This document shows positions 28,379 to 37,962 of a stretch of 64,000 nt of DNA, in pieces. The stretch comes from Patescibacteria group bacterium. GTDB lineage: Bacteria > Patescibacteriota > Patescibacteriia > CAIXNZ01. The DNA is taken from NCBI GenBank assembly GCA_028714455.1, contig JAQTMG010000001.1, positions 64,568-128,567 of the forward strand, written 5' to 3'. The notes under the pieces were generated by a model. It did not search any database. It was not told where the DNA came from and saw only the letters and a list, made by a program, of their open reading frames with translations. Every line of letters begins with the position of its first letter. Position 1 is the stretch's first letter. Made by a program: the position numbers and the translations under genes.

Positions 28379-28909
28379 GTGAAAAAACTGGTTTTGTTGG
28401 CGGCACTTTTGGTCATCTCAACCTGCCTGCTGGAGGCAAAAAACTCCGACCGTCATTCATTCACCAACAAAAAAAGCGGCTATGCTCTTTCGTGTCCCGA
28501 CGGCTGGACCATGGCTTATGAGGAACAAATCAATCTCCTAAGTCTGTACTCGCCTGACGCGAAAAAGCACCCGAACGACACGCTGGATCTGGAACGCGGG
28601 TTAAAGATCGAGCTGACACCGATGAAAAACGCGGCTGACTTTGACGAAATTATCAAGCCGAAAGACGACAGCGGCCAGACCTGTTCGTACAAACCCAGAA
28701 GCATCCTTATCCTGGGCAAGGAAAAAGTCCAAATCTACGCCTGCGACGACGGCGAAACTCTGTTTCTGGCCGCGCTAAGGCAGGATGGCAAAAAATTTAT
28801 CGCGGCCTTTGGCTACGTCCCTGAAAAAGACAAGTGGAATTTTTACACGGATGAATTTGCCAAGACGCTTTCTCGCCTCAAATTCATTGAAACAAGCGGC
28901 TCCAAGTGA
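28379..28909 (+). CDS. hypothetical secreted protein, PsbP-like fold possible
   Basis: GTG start with GGAGG SD; signal peptide; F.N...GYALSCPDGW motif; ends FAKTLSRLKF. Confidence 0.65.
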   Translation: MKKLVLLAALLVISTCLLEAKNSDRHSFTNKKSGYALSCPDGWTMAYEEQINLLSLYSPDAKKHPNDTLDLERGLKIELTPMKNAADFDEIIKPKDDSGQTCSYKPRSILILGKEKVQIYACDDGETLFLAALRQDGKKFIAAFGYVPEKDKWNFYTDEFAKTLSRLKFIETSGSK

Positions 28910-29001
28910 GCCGCTTTTCTTTTTTCGTGTTTGACAAACCAGAACCATAAAGAATAAAATCAATTAACTGGACCTTTAAAAATCAAAGGAGGACGAATCA
29001 A

Positions 29002-30078
29002 ATGAAATTAAAAAAATTTCAAGGCGCGCTTGCTCATTTGGCTTTTGACCCCGGAAAATCAAGGGGCCGTCTTGGCTGCTCTTGCGCCGGACCAAAACGT
29101 TTCGATGATGACGATTTTTTGTCCAAAAACGTTAACCTCTTCCAAGTTGATATCGTAAAAATTCTCAACAGCAAAGCGCTGCGCCGGGCCTCGGGCAAGA
29201 CCCAGGTTTTCCCGATTCCAAACAACCCCCATATCCGTACGAGGCAGCTGCATACGCTTGAAGTTGCAGCCGTGGCCATACCGATCGCCAGCATCTTGGG
29301 CCTGAACGTGGAGCTTTGCGAGGCCATCGCCTATGGCCACGACATCGGCCACGCGCCGTTTGGGCACTTTGGCGAACGTTATATCACGGAAAAGTCAAAC
29401 AAACCCTTCTTGCACGCGGTCAGTTCGGCCATCGTGGCCCAAAGGATTGAAAGGAAAGGAAGCGGGCTTAATCTCTGTTTTGAGACGTTGCAAGGGATAT
29501 TAACCCATTCGGGCACAAGAGACTTTGGTGTCAAATTCAATCAGGCTCTGCCCCAGGAATATCTGACCGTGAAGCTGGCCGACAAAATCGCCTTTACTTT
29601 CTCCGATTACAACGACGCCGAGCGAGTCGGCATGATCACCGAGCCAAATGATTCTGGCATCTTTTCTCTCGGCGATTATCAGCGTGTTCGGGTGGCCAAG
29701 TGCATTGAGGCGGCCGTAATTGAAAGCGCGGAAAAGGGCCATGTCTCATTCAAAGAATCTAAGGCCGCGAAAAAATTCATGAAATTACGCGAGTGGCTCT
29801 TTGAAAAGGTCTATCTGCCAATCAATTTTGATGTCCAGCGAGCCTACCTGGATCGGCTGTTAGACTTTCTCACCAAAGATTCTCATTTTGAAGGCTGCGA
29901 TCCATTTCTGCTCATCTCACTAATGACTGACCAAGAAGTTTTCAAATTTGGTGAATTTTGCAACAGCGCGACCATCCCCAAATTCGAAGCGCTCCAGAAT
30001 TTCGGCGTAATCGAAATACTGGACTGGCTCCGGGGAAAAAAGTTTGATTTCTCCAGTTTCGATCTGAAACAAGTCTAA
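29002..30078 (+). CDS. dgt: deoxyguanosinetriphosphate triphosphohydrolase-like HD protein
   Basis: SKALRRASGKTQVF, RTRQLHTLEV, AIAYGHDIGHAPFGHFGE, GLNLCFETLQGILTH, VKLADKIA...D.NDA. Confidence 0.88.
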   Translation: MKLKKFQGALAHLAFDPGKSRGRLGCSCAGPKRFDDDDFLSKNVNLFQVDIVKILNSKALRRASGKTQVFPIPNNPHIRTRQLHTLEVAAVAIPIASILGLNVELCEAIAYGHDIGHAPFGHFGERYITEKSNKPFLHAVSSAIVAQRIERKGSGLNLCFETLQGILTHSGTRDFGVKFNQALPQEYLTVKLADKIAFTFSDYNDAERVGMITEPNDSGIFSLGDYQRVRVAKCIEAAVIESAEKGHVSFKESKAAKKFMKLREWLFEKVYLPINFDVQRAYLDRLLDFLTKDSHFEGCDPFLLISLMTDQEVFKFGEFCNSATIPKFEALQNFGVIEILDWLRGKKFDFSSFDLKQV

Positions 30079-30123
30079 CCAAAAAACGCCTGGAATAATC
30101 CGGGCGTTTTTCTTTTTATAAAA

Positions 30124-30387
30124 TTACGGTACTGGATCGTGACCGCCTTTGGCAAGTGGATGACAGCGCATTATTCTTTTGGCGCCCAACCAAGTGCCTT
30201 TGATAACTCCATACTTTTGAATTGCCTCAAAAGTATATTCACTGCAAGTCGGATAAAAGCGGCAGCCCCAGAAAGGGAAGATGTAGCGCATTGGTCCGTG
30301 GTCAAACGATAAAGTTCTTTGATAAATCAAAATAACTAAAAGTGTGACGTTTTTTATCTGTTCTCCGATAGTTTTAATAATTTTCAT
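30124..30387 (-). CDS. yidD: membrane protein insertion efficiency factor
   Basis: [27 protein letters not shown]...GG.DPVP. Confidence 0.96.
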   Translation of the reverse strand: MKIIKTIGEQIKNVTLLVILIYQRTLSFDHGPMRYIFPFWGCRFYPTCSEYTFEAIQKYGVIKGTWLGAKRIMRCHPLAKGGHDPVP

Positions 30388-30737
30388 ATGAGTCTGGCTT
30401 TTCTTAAAGCTTCGCCCAGCACCCGCTCAATTTCCTTAAAATCCGCCACCCTGCCTTTCTCATAAATGATTTTAGGGGAAGTGATTACGGCAATGTCATA
30501 GCCGCTGGCAATCTGGCCCAAATTGTGGCGTAGAATCTCGCGGATTCTGCGCCTGATCAAATTGCGCTTATTTGCTCTTTTACTCACCTTGTTTGAGGTA
30601 ATTATGACAAAACGGGAGTAATTTAATCCGTTTTTCTGAAATCTTAGCACCAAAAATAAAAAATAAACCGCTTTGCCGTGCTTCATCAGCGACTCGATGT
30701 CTTTTTTAAGCTTTAAGCGGTTTATTTTTTTTAACAT
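30384..30737 (-). CDS. rnpA: ribonuclease P protein component
   Basis: [27 protein letters not shown] motif; synteny. Confidence 0.93.
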   Translation of the reverse strand: MLKKINRLKLKKDIESLMKHGKAVYFLFLVLRFQKNGLNYSRFVIITSNKVSKRANKRNLIRRRIREILRHNLGQIASGYDIAVITSPKIIYEKGRVADFKEIERVLGEALRKARLI

Positions 30738-30745
30738 ACTGTTTT

Positions 30746-30898
30746 CTATTTTCTCTTAGACCTCACGGTCAAGCGATGCCTGCCCTTGGCTCTTCTTCTT
30801 TTAAGTACGTGACGGCCATTTTTGGTCTTCATGCGCGCTCGAAAGCCGTGGGTTTTGGCTCTTTTTCGCTTTTTCGGCTGATAAGTTCTCTTTGGCAT
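30746..30898 (-). CDS. rpmH: 50S ribosomal protein L34
   Basis: Translated by hand: [50 protein letters not shown]. Confidence 0.97.
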   Translation of the reverse strand: MPKRTYQPKKRKRAKTHGFRARMKTKNGRHVLKRRRAKGRHRLTVRSKRK

Positions 30899-31103
30899 AA
30901 AAGTGTAATAATTTATCGTGAAATTATACAGAGATAATAACAGTTGTGGAAAAATTTGTCAAAAAAAAAATTATGTATTAAGATGAATCCACAATTTGTG
31001 AACAAGCTATTAACATTTGTGACTTTTCTTAGATTTTTGTTCAATCTTTTTTATGTTATTATTTAATATAACGACTTCCTCAATCAAATAATTTCGGGGG
31101 ATT
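30899..31103. promoter_or_regulatory. rpmH-dnaA intergenic region with DnaA-box-like sites
   Basis: TGTGGAAAA (30945), GAATCCACA (30985), TGTGAACAA (30997). Confidence 0.6.
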
Positions 31104-32477
31104 ATGAATACTCAACAAATTTGGCAAGCGGTTTTAGGAGAATTAGAGCTTGGCTTATCAAAAGCCAATTTTACTACCTGGTTTAAGGGCACTTTTATTT
31201 TAGATTTGAATGAGAATAAAGTCATCGTTGGCGTCCCCAACGGCTTTACCAAGAGTTGGCTGGAAAAAAAGTACACTTCGGACATCTTAAAAGCCTTGAG
31301 GAGCATTACGGAAACGAATTTGCGCGAAATTTCTTTCACTGTTTCTTCGCTCAAGAACACGCCCAAGGAAATAACCGAGATTATCGCCACCGAAGGCCAA
31401 AAGCCGGCCGTTTCAGTTGATTCTGTTTCCCGCCGCCAGACAGCTCCCAATATTATCGGCTTAAACCCCAAATATACTTTCACCACTTTTGTGGTCGGCA
31501 AAAATAACGAACTCGCTCGCGCCGCGGCCACGGCCGTAGCCTCAAACCCGGGCGTGACCTATAATCCTCTTTTTATTTATGGCGGCGCTGGATTGGGCAA
31601 GACCCATCTGCTCCAAGCTATTGGCCACGAAGTCTTGGCTAAGCACCCTGAAAAAAAAGTGCTCTATTTAACCTGCGAAAAATTCACCAATGACTTTGTC
31701 AACGCCGTGGGAAGCGGCCGCGCCAATGGCTTTAAAGACCTTTACCGCAACGTTGACGTTTTATTAATTGACGACATCCAATTCATCGCCGGCAAAGAGG
31801 GCACCCAGGAAGAATTTTTTCATACCTTCAACGCCCTGCACCAAAATAACAAACAACTGATTCTGTCTTCTGACCGACCGCCCAAATCGATCCCGGCCTT
31901 GGAAAATCGCTTGCTGACAAGATTTGAATGGGGCATGATCGCTGACATCTCTTGCCCAGATTATGAAACACGTCTGGCCATTTTAAAATCAAAATCACAA
32001 GAAAAAAATTATACGCTCGAACACGGGGTCTTAAATTTTTTAGCCAACACCATCTCCAGCAACATCAGGGAGCTCGAAGGCGCCTTGAACCGCATTATCG
32101 CTTACCACCAGCTCAATGGCCTGCCGCCCACCCTAGAAAGCGTGAAGAAAATATTGGCTAATATTACTACAAATTTACAGAAAAAGTCTTTAAACCCAAA
32201 AGATATTATGCAGACCGTCGCCAACTTTTATGATATTGCCATTGATGATGTGACTGGTAAATCTAGAGAGAAAAAGCTGGTCGTGCCCAGGCAAATAATT
32301 ATGTTTTTGATGCGCACGGAAATAAAAAGCTCTTTTCCGGCCATTGGCAATGAGCTGGGCGGCCGAGATCACACCACGGCCATGCATGCCGTCGGCAAAA
32401 TTCAGACAGATTATGATAATGATGAAAAAACCAGACGCGAGATAGAGCAAATCAAACAGCGACTTTATAATCTGTAA
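31104..32477 (+). CDS. dnaA: chromosomal replication initiator protein DnaA
   Basis: YNPLFIYGGAGLGKTHLL, LLIDDIQF, QEEFFHTFN, NIRELEGAL, GGRDHTT. Confidence 0.99.
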   Translation: MNTQQIWQAVLGELELGLSKANFTTWFKGTFILDLNENKVIVGVPNGFTKSWLEKKYTSDILKALRSITETNLREISFTVSSLKNTPKEITEIIATEGQKPAVSVDSVSRRQTAPNIIGLNPKYTFTTFVVGKNNELARAAATAVASNPGVTYNPLFIYGGAGLGKTHLLQAIGHEVLAKHPEKKVLYLTCEKFTNDFVNAVGSGRANGFKDLYRNVDVLLIDDIQFIAGKEGTQEEFFHTFNALHQNNKQLILSSDRPPKSIPALENRLLTRFEWGMIADISCPDYETRLAILKSKSQEKNYTLEHGVLNFLANTISSNIRELEGALNRIIAYHQLNGLPPTLESVKKILANITTNLQKKSLNPKDIMQTVANFYDIAIDDVTGKSREKKLVVPRQIIMFLMRTEIKSSFPAIGNELGGRDHTTAMHAVGKIQTDYDNDEKTRREIEQIKQRLYNL

Positions 32478-32762
32478 TTTTTGTTCACAGCGTGTGGATT
32501 AATATAATTTTTTCTGCGCAAAAGTTCTGCACATTAACTTTAAAAAGAATTGATAACTTCGGTAAAATTTTCACACCAAAATCTTTTGACTTTTTCACCC
32601 ACTTTTTATCAACCCACATACTACTATCTTTTACATAACTTTTAAACAACCATTTTGGGGTGATTTAATAAAATTTTCTGAAGAAAAATAAAAAATTATT
32701 AAAAAAATATTTTTCATCCACATCCTTATTATAATTACTATTAATTAAAACTATAAAAAACT
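32478..32762. other. putative oriC (dnaA-dnaN intergenic region)
   Basis: DnaA-box-like TTGTTCACA (32481), TGTGGATTA (32493), TCATCCACA (32714), then an AT-rich tract; by eye the + strand shifts from C-rich to G/T-rich near here. Confidence 0.7.
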
Positions 32763-33917
32763 ATGAAAGCAACTTGTACACAAGAAAATTTAAAACGCGG
32801 GCTAAATATTGTTTCGCACATTTCCAGTAAAAACACTTCTTTACAAATTTTGGGAAATGTTTTAATTAAAGCCGATAAAAATGTGGTGAGTTTAATTACC
32901 ACCAACTTAGAAATGGGCGTCAGATGCCAGGTCCGCGCCAAAGTTTACAAAGAAGGCAGTTACACTGTCAATTCCCGGCTGCTCAATGACTTCGTGGGTT
33001 TATTAAAAAATGAAAAAGTTGATCTGGAATTAAAAGATGACGCGCTTGAGGTTTGGACTGATAATCAGGAAACAAAAATTAAGGGTGAAAGCGCTGAAGA
33101 ATTTCCCTTAATTCCTCAAATCAGTAAAAAGTCAGCCTATGTTTGTGGTATTGATGAACTCGTGCGCGCGCTCACCCAAGTTTTATTCGCTGTTTCTGTT
33201 TCAGAAACCAGGCCGGAGATCTCGGGTGTGTATTTTAACTTTAGCGATGGCAATTTAACCATCGCGGCTACTGATAGTTATCGTTTGGCCGAGAAAAAGA
33301 TTAAATTAAACGAGAAAAATGAGGTTGAAAAAGAAGCCATTATCCCGGCCAAGACCGTGCAAGAGCTTTTCCGCATGCTTTCTTCTGTTTCTGGCTCTGC
33401 CAGCGAAGAGGGCGGCGCTAGTAAACTAGAGATTTACTTTGAAGAAAACCAGGTCATGTTCGTTTTTGACGATATTGAACTGGTTTCCCGCGTGATTGAG
33501 GGCCAATATCCAAATTACAAGCAAATAATTCCAGCCAGCCATAAAACAAGAGCCGTAGCCAATATCTCTGATCTGGTTAGCGCGGTCAAGGCGGCCTCTT
33601 TATTCTCACGCACTGGTATTTATGATATTAACTTTGAACTCAAAGAGGGCAAATTGGTTATCTCTTCAACCAATAGCCAATTGGGTGAAAGCAAATCAAG
33701 GGTAGCGGGTAAAATAGAGGGTGATGATAATAAGGTGGTTATCAATTACCGCTATTTATTAGATGGTTTGCAAAACATTGATTCAACTGATGTAGTCTTT
33801 GAAATGATTGACTCTTCAAACCCCTGCATCTTAAGGCCAGCCGAGAGCTTGAATGATAAAAATGAAGCCATTGCCGCCCAGGATTATTTGTATATCATAA
33901 TGCCGATTAAACAATAA
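32763..33917 (+). CDS. dnaN: DNA polymerase III beta sliding clamp
   Basis: TNLEMG, EEFPLIP, RPEISGV, AATDSYRLAE, SRVIEGQYPNY, YIIMPIK. Confidence 0.98.
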   Translation: MKATCTQENLKRGLNIVSHISSKNTSLQILGNVLIKADKNVVSLITTNLEMGVRCQVRAKVYKEGSYTVNSRLLNDFVGLLKNEKVDLELKDDALEVWTDNQETKIKGESAEEFPLIPQISKKSAYVCGIDELVRALTQVLFAVSVSETRPEISGVYFNFSDGNLTIAATDSYRLAEKKIKLNEKNEVEKEAIIPAKTVQELFRMLSSVSGSASEEGGASKLEIYFEENQVMFVFDDIELVSRVIEGQYPNYKQIIPASHKTRAVANISDLVSAVKAASLFSRTGIYDINFELKEGKLVISSTNSQLGESKSRVAGKIEGDDNKVVINYRYLLDGLQNIDSTDVVFEMIDSSNPCILRPAESLNDKNEAIAAQDYLYIIMPIKQ

Positions 33918-33968
33918 GTAGCGGCGTATTTTTTCGAAATAAATTTTAAAAAATATTTTATTAAACTC

Positions 33969-34292
33969 ATGTTGATTATTAGTTTTCTTATTTTATTCTT
34001 GGGTCTAATATTAAATTCAGTAGTTTTTTATTGGAACGAGATGTTAAAAAATGGATTTAGAACCGGTGCGCCGTACTATTTTATTAAGCATGGTGGCACC
34101 TATGCATTTGTAGATATAATTTTATTTTTTATAATCTTGTTTTTCGGGGGGTTACCATGGTATTTAGTAATCATTTGTTATTTATTGTCAATGATAGTCG
34201 CAGTTACAATATCGGAGAAAAAATATAAGCAGAGGCTAGGGGAAATAATAAAAGATGAAGAAAAAGAAGGGGGTAACCCATTTACAAAATAA
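33969..34292 (+). CDS. hypothetical membrane protein (AT-rich)
   Basis: Three hydrophobic segments; low GC. Confidence 0.55.
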   Translation: MLIISFLILFLGLILNSVVFYWNEMLKNGFRTGAPYYFIKHGGTYAFVDIILFFIILFFGGLPWYLVIICYLLSMIVAVTISEKKYKQRLGEIIKDEEKEGGNPFTK

Positions 34293-34402
34293 GAATATAC
34301 CCAAGAATTAAAAAATTTTGATAAGGCACGAAAAATACAGGGAAAATGGAGAAATATTAAATAATAGTATTTTTAAAGCTTAATATGAATTTTTAAAACA
34401 GT

Positions 34403-34867
34403 ATGATTATAGAAACTTCCTCGATCGTTATAGCCGGGCTCTCATTTACATTATCAATATATGTTATATTAAGGGATAGGAAAAATAAAAAGCATGATAA
34501 CCTTGTTGACGCTCGCGAAAGAATTTTGAACATATTTGATGAAGAAGAAGTGCTCACACCAGATGAAATGCAGGAGCACTTTGAAGACAACCCCGAATCT
34601 TATGAAGCACAAAAACTCAGGGCGGAATTGCGCGATAAATCTTTCAAGGTAGATCGGGAGTTCGAATATCTTTGTTTCTTAGTTATAAAAAAGCAGGTTG
34701 ATTTTCAGGAATTTTTCAATCTATTTCATAAGTGGCTTGCCATGAGAGATTTAATGTGGACGGATTACCAACAGTATAAACAAGAAAATTTACCTTTTAC
34801 TTGGAGGGTTATAAAACTGTCGAAAGATAAAAAATTATTACCGCTAAAGAAAGTCGATAATAAATAA
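34403..34867 (+). CDS. hypothetical protein with N-terminal TM (DUF4760-like)
   Basis: TM, then helical domain with FEYLCFLV...VD...F; low GC. Confidence 0.6.
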   Translation: MIIETSSIVIAGLSFTLSIYVILRDRKNKKHDNLVDARERILNIFDEEEVLTPDEMQEHFEDNPESYEAQKLRAELRDKSFKVDREFEYLCFLVIKKQVDFQEFFNLFHKWLAMRDLMWTDYQQYKQENLPFTWRVIKLSKDKKLLPLKKVDNK

Positions 34868-34958
34868 AAGGGAGCATATCAAAGTGCTTCTTTTTATTTT
34901 TAACCTTTGAAAAATAAAAGCCGCCTCAACTTTTCAGTATCGGCGGCTGTAGCGCTAG

Positions 34959-35147
34959 TTATACAGGCTTTCTTTTCAGCACGATCACATACTCTGCGGG
35001 CTTTATGCCCGTGAGCACAGGGATTATTCCGAGCTGCGAAAGGTCAACAGAGTTGGCCTTGATTTCCAGCGTCGGGTCTTCCTTGTACTTTGCCGTGGCC
35101 TCTTCAAGATCTCCCTCTTCAACAATGATAACAATCGCACTCGCCAT
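34959..35147 (-). CDS. small hypothetical protein (62 aa)
   Basis: AAGGAGG SD before ATG 35147; TTGACA-17-TACATT promoter at 35202-35230. Confidence 0.6.
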   Translation of the reverse strand: MASAIVIIVEEGDLEEATAKYKEDPTLEIKANSVDLSQLGIIPVLTGIKPAEYVIVLKRKPV

Positions 35148-35330
35148 TTTTACCTCCTTGGGTAGATTTGGTTGTATTTTACAACACGATTTCTTTACCA
35201 AAATGTATCTCAAATAATAAATTATGTCAATAGTGTAATTACTGGTTTTATTTAACTCATTTTCATGATAAAATTATAAGAGTTTAGTATTAATTAATAC
35301 ACCCGCTGGAGTGGGAATAAAATAAAATTT

Positions 35331-36044
35331 GTGCCTAAATTAATTTTTGACATTGAGACAATTGGCGAAGATTTTGATTCTTTAGACAAGACCACGCAGG
35401 AAAATCTGACGCACTGGCTGAAAAATGAAGCGCTGACTGACGAAGAATACAAATCCAAAATGGAATATATTAAAAACCGAATGGGTTTTAATCCATTGAC
35501 TGGCGAGATCGTGGCCATTGGTGTTTTGGAATACGAAACCAATCGGGGTGCGGTTTATTATCAGGCGCCGAATCAGAAAGTTGAGGAGTTAGAAGAAGAT
35601 GGCATTAAATACAAGGCCATGTCAGAAAAAGAAATGCTGGGAAAATTCTGGCAAGGCATGATTAATTATACGGAGTTTGTTAGTTTTAATGGCCGCGCCT
35701 TTGATGTGCCATTTTTGATGATTCGCTCGGCTATCAATGGCGTTAAACCAACCAAGGATTTAATGTCTAATCGCTATTTGAACAGTCAGAAGTTTAATGC
35801 CTTGCACATTGATTTAAAAGACCAGCTTTCTTTTTACGGCGCTGTTTATCGCCACGACAGTTTACATTTGTTTTGCCGGGCTTTTGGCATTAAGAGTCCT
35901 AAAGCCGAGGGGATAACCGGTGATGATGTGGCGCGGCTTTTTAAAGAAAAAGAATTTAAAAAAATCGCGGAGTATAATTCCTGGGATTTGCGCGCGACTC
36001 GGCGACTTTATGATTATTGGGATAAATATCTGAATATAAAATAA
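35331..36044 (+). CDS. RNase H-like 3'-5' exonuclease (PolB-exonuclease-like)
   Basis: LIFDIET (ExoI), SFNGRAFDVPFL (ExoII), HIDL, IAEYNSWD (ExoIII). Confidence 0.88.
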   Translation: MPKLIFDIETIGEDFDSLDKTTQENLTHWLKNEALTDEEYKSKMEYIKNRMGFNPLTGEIVAIGVLEYETNRGAVYYQAPNQKVEELEEDGIKYKAMSEKEMLGKFWQGMINYTEFVSFNGRAFDVPFLMIRSAINGVKPTKDLMSNRYLNSQKFNALHIDLKDQLSFYGAVYRHDSLHLFCRAFGIKSPKAEGITGDDVARLFKEKEFKKIAEYNSWDLRATRRLYDYWDKYLNIK

Positions 36045-36946
36045 TGTTTTGGCTTTACATCACAATTTTTTCTTATTTGCTTTTTGCCTTAGCCAACTTA
36101 GGCGATAAACTGATGGTTAGCAAATATCAAACCAAACCAGTGGTTTATGCTTTTTATGTTGGCTTTTTGGGAATCGTGGGTTTGGTTTTAATTCCTTTTG
36201 GCGTTATTAATCCTGGCGCGAGCCAGATTATTTGGTCACTTTTGGCTGGCCTGGCTTTTGTAGGCGCTCTTTATTTTATGTACCAGGCGCTGCACATCGG
36301 TGAGACAACCAGAGCCATCACAATTTTGGGCGGCACCAGCCCGATTTTTACTTTTATTTTTTCATTATTTTTTATTCCTGAAAATCTAAGATTAACCGAG
36401 TTGGTTGCTTTTTTTGTTCTAATCATGGCCATTGTTATTCTCTCTTGGCCGCCCAAGGATCATATAAGTAAAAAAATTCAGCACCAGCAGACAAAGTTTG
36501 CGCTGATCGCGGGAATTTTTTATGCGGCCAATTATGTGCTTTCCAAATTTGTTTACGCGCACCAGCCGTTTGTTTCTGGATTTTTTTGGATCAGAATCGG
36601 TTGTGTTATCACGGCCTTGCTTATTTTGCTCTGGCCCAGAAACAGAAAAGCTATCTCGCTGGATTTGCGCAAACCCAAGAAGCAAAAAAAAGCGGGTTTA
36701 CTTTTGGGCGTACAGATTCTGGGGGGACTGGGCGTGATTGGTCAAAATATCGCGCTTTCGCTGACCAGTGCCAGCTTAGTTAATGCCTTGCAGGCTATTC
36801 AATACGCTTTTATTTTTGTACTCACGGCGCTTTTGGGCAAAAAGATTCCAGTACTTTTGGAAAAACTTCACCCAAAAGAGATTATCAGGAAAATTATTGC
36901 TATAATATTAATAAGCATCGGTCTCTACCTGATAACCATTTCTTAA
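36044..36946 (+). CDS. EamA/DMT family transporter
   Basis: About ten TMs in two repeats; DK, SLVNALQA.QYAF motifs. Confidence 0.8.
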   Translation: MFWLYITIFSYLLFALANLGDKLMVSKYQTKPVVYAFYVGFLGIVGLVLIPFGVINPGASQIIWSLLAGLAFVGALYFMYQALHIGETTRAITILGGTSPIFTFIFSLFFIPENLRLTELVAFFVLIMAIVILSWPPKDHISKKIQHQQTKFALIAGIFYAANYVLSKFVYAHQPFVSGFFWIRIGCVITALLILLWPRNRKAISLDLRKPKKQKKAGLLLGVQILGGLGVIGQNIALSLTSASLVNALQAIQYAFIFVLTALLGKKIPVLLEKLHPKEIIRKIIAIILISIGLYLITIS

Positions 36947-36947
36947 C

Positions 36948-37946
36948 ATGAAAAAGAGAAAAAAACTTATACTCAAGATAGTTATTTTTGTCATTGTCAT
37001 CTTGGCTTTAGCGCTTTATGTTTTGTCGCTTTATACATTTAACCCCAATAAAAAAATTGTCTACGGTGTTACCTTTTCCGAGGAATACGCCTCGCAAATT
37101 GGTCTTGATTGGAAGCAAACCTTTACCGCGCTTTTAGATGATTTAAAAATTAGATACATTAGAATCCCTACTTATTGGGATAATATTCATCCCGAAGAAA
37201 ATATTTATAATTTTAATGATGTTGATTGGCAGGTAAACGAGGCAGCCAAGCGTGATGCTCATATTGTTTTGATAGTTGGTCGCAGGCAACCGCGCTGGCC
37301 AGAATGCCATGATCCGGCCTGGGTCAGCGGCCTGAATGATGCGACAGCTCATGATAAAGTTATGACCGACATCAAGGCCGTGGTTAATCGTTATAAAAAT
37401 AATAAAGCCATTGAAATTTGGCAGGTGGAAAATGAACCGTTTCTGGATTTTTTTGGTGAGTGCCCCAAGATGTCAAAAAAAGAAGTAGCCGAAGAAGTTG
37501 CTTTAGTCAAAAGTCTTGATACTCGCCGAATTTTGCTGACTGATTCTGGTGAGTTAAGTTCCTGGTATCCCTTAATTAAAATGTCAGATCTATTTGGCAC
37601 CACTTTATATCGCACCACCTGGAACAAACTAATTGGTTATTGGCATTATTTTTTCATTACGCCTTCATTTTATCGAGTCAAAGCCTTTCTGTGGGGTAAA
37701 CCCCAGGAGGCGGTGTATGTGGCGGAACTGCAAGCCGAGCCTTGGATCGTTAACGATCTAGTCACCACTCCGTTAACTGAACAGTTTAAAACAATGAACG
37801 CCAAGATACTCGTCCAGAATGCCGACTTTGCCAACAAGACAAATTTTTATCGCGCTTATTTTTGGGGAGCGGAATGGTGGTATTGGTTAAAGACGGCCAA
37901 AAACGATAATTCGGTCTGGGAAGCGGCCAGAAAATACTTTAAATAG
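36948..37946 (+). CDS. membrane-anchored clan GH-A glycoside hydrolase (beta-galactosidase-like)
   Basis: YGVTFS, IRIPTYW, GRRQPRWPECH, WQVENEPF (acid/base), AELQAEPW (nucleophile), WGAEWWY. Confidence 0.8.
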   Translation: MKKRKKLILKIVIFVIVILALALYVLSLYTFNPNKKIVYGVTFSEEYASQIGLDWKQTFTALLDDLKIRYIRIPTYWDNIHPEENIYNFNDVDWQVNEAAKRDAHIVLIVGRRQPRWPECHDPAWVSGLNDATAHDKVMTDIKAVVNRYKNNKAIEIWQVENEPFLDFFGECPKMSKKEVAEEVALVKSLDTRRILLTDSGELSSWYPLIKMSDLFGTTLYRTTWNKLIGYWHYFFITPSFYRVKAFLWGKPQEAVYVAELQAEPWIVNDLVTTPLTEQFKTMNAKILVQNADFANKTNFYRAYFWGAEWWYWLKTAKNDNSVWEAARKYFK

Positions 37947-37962
37947 ACCTTTTATTTTTAGT

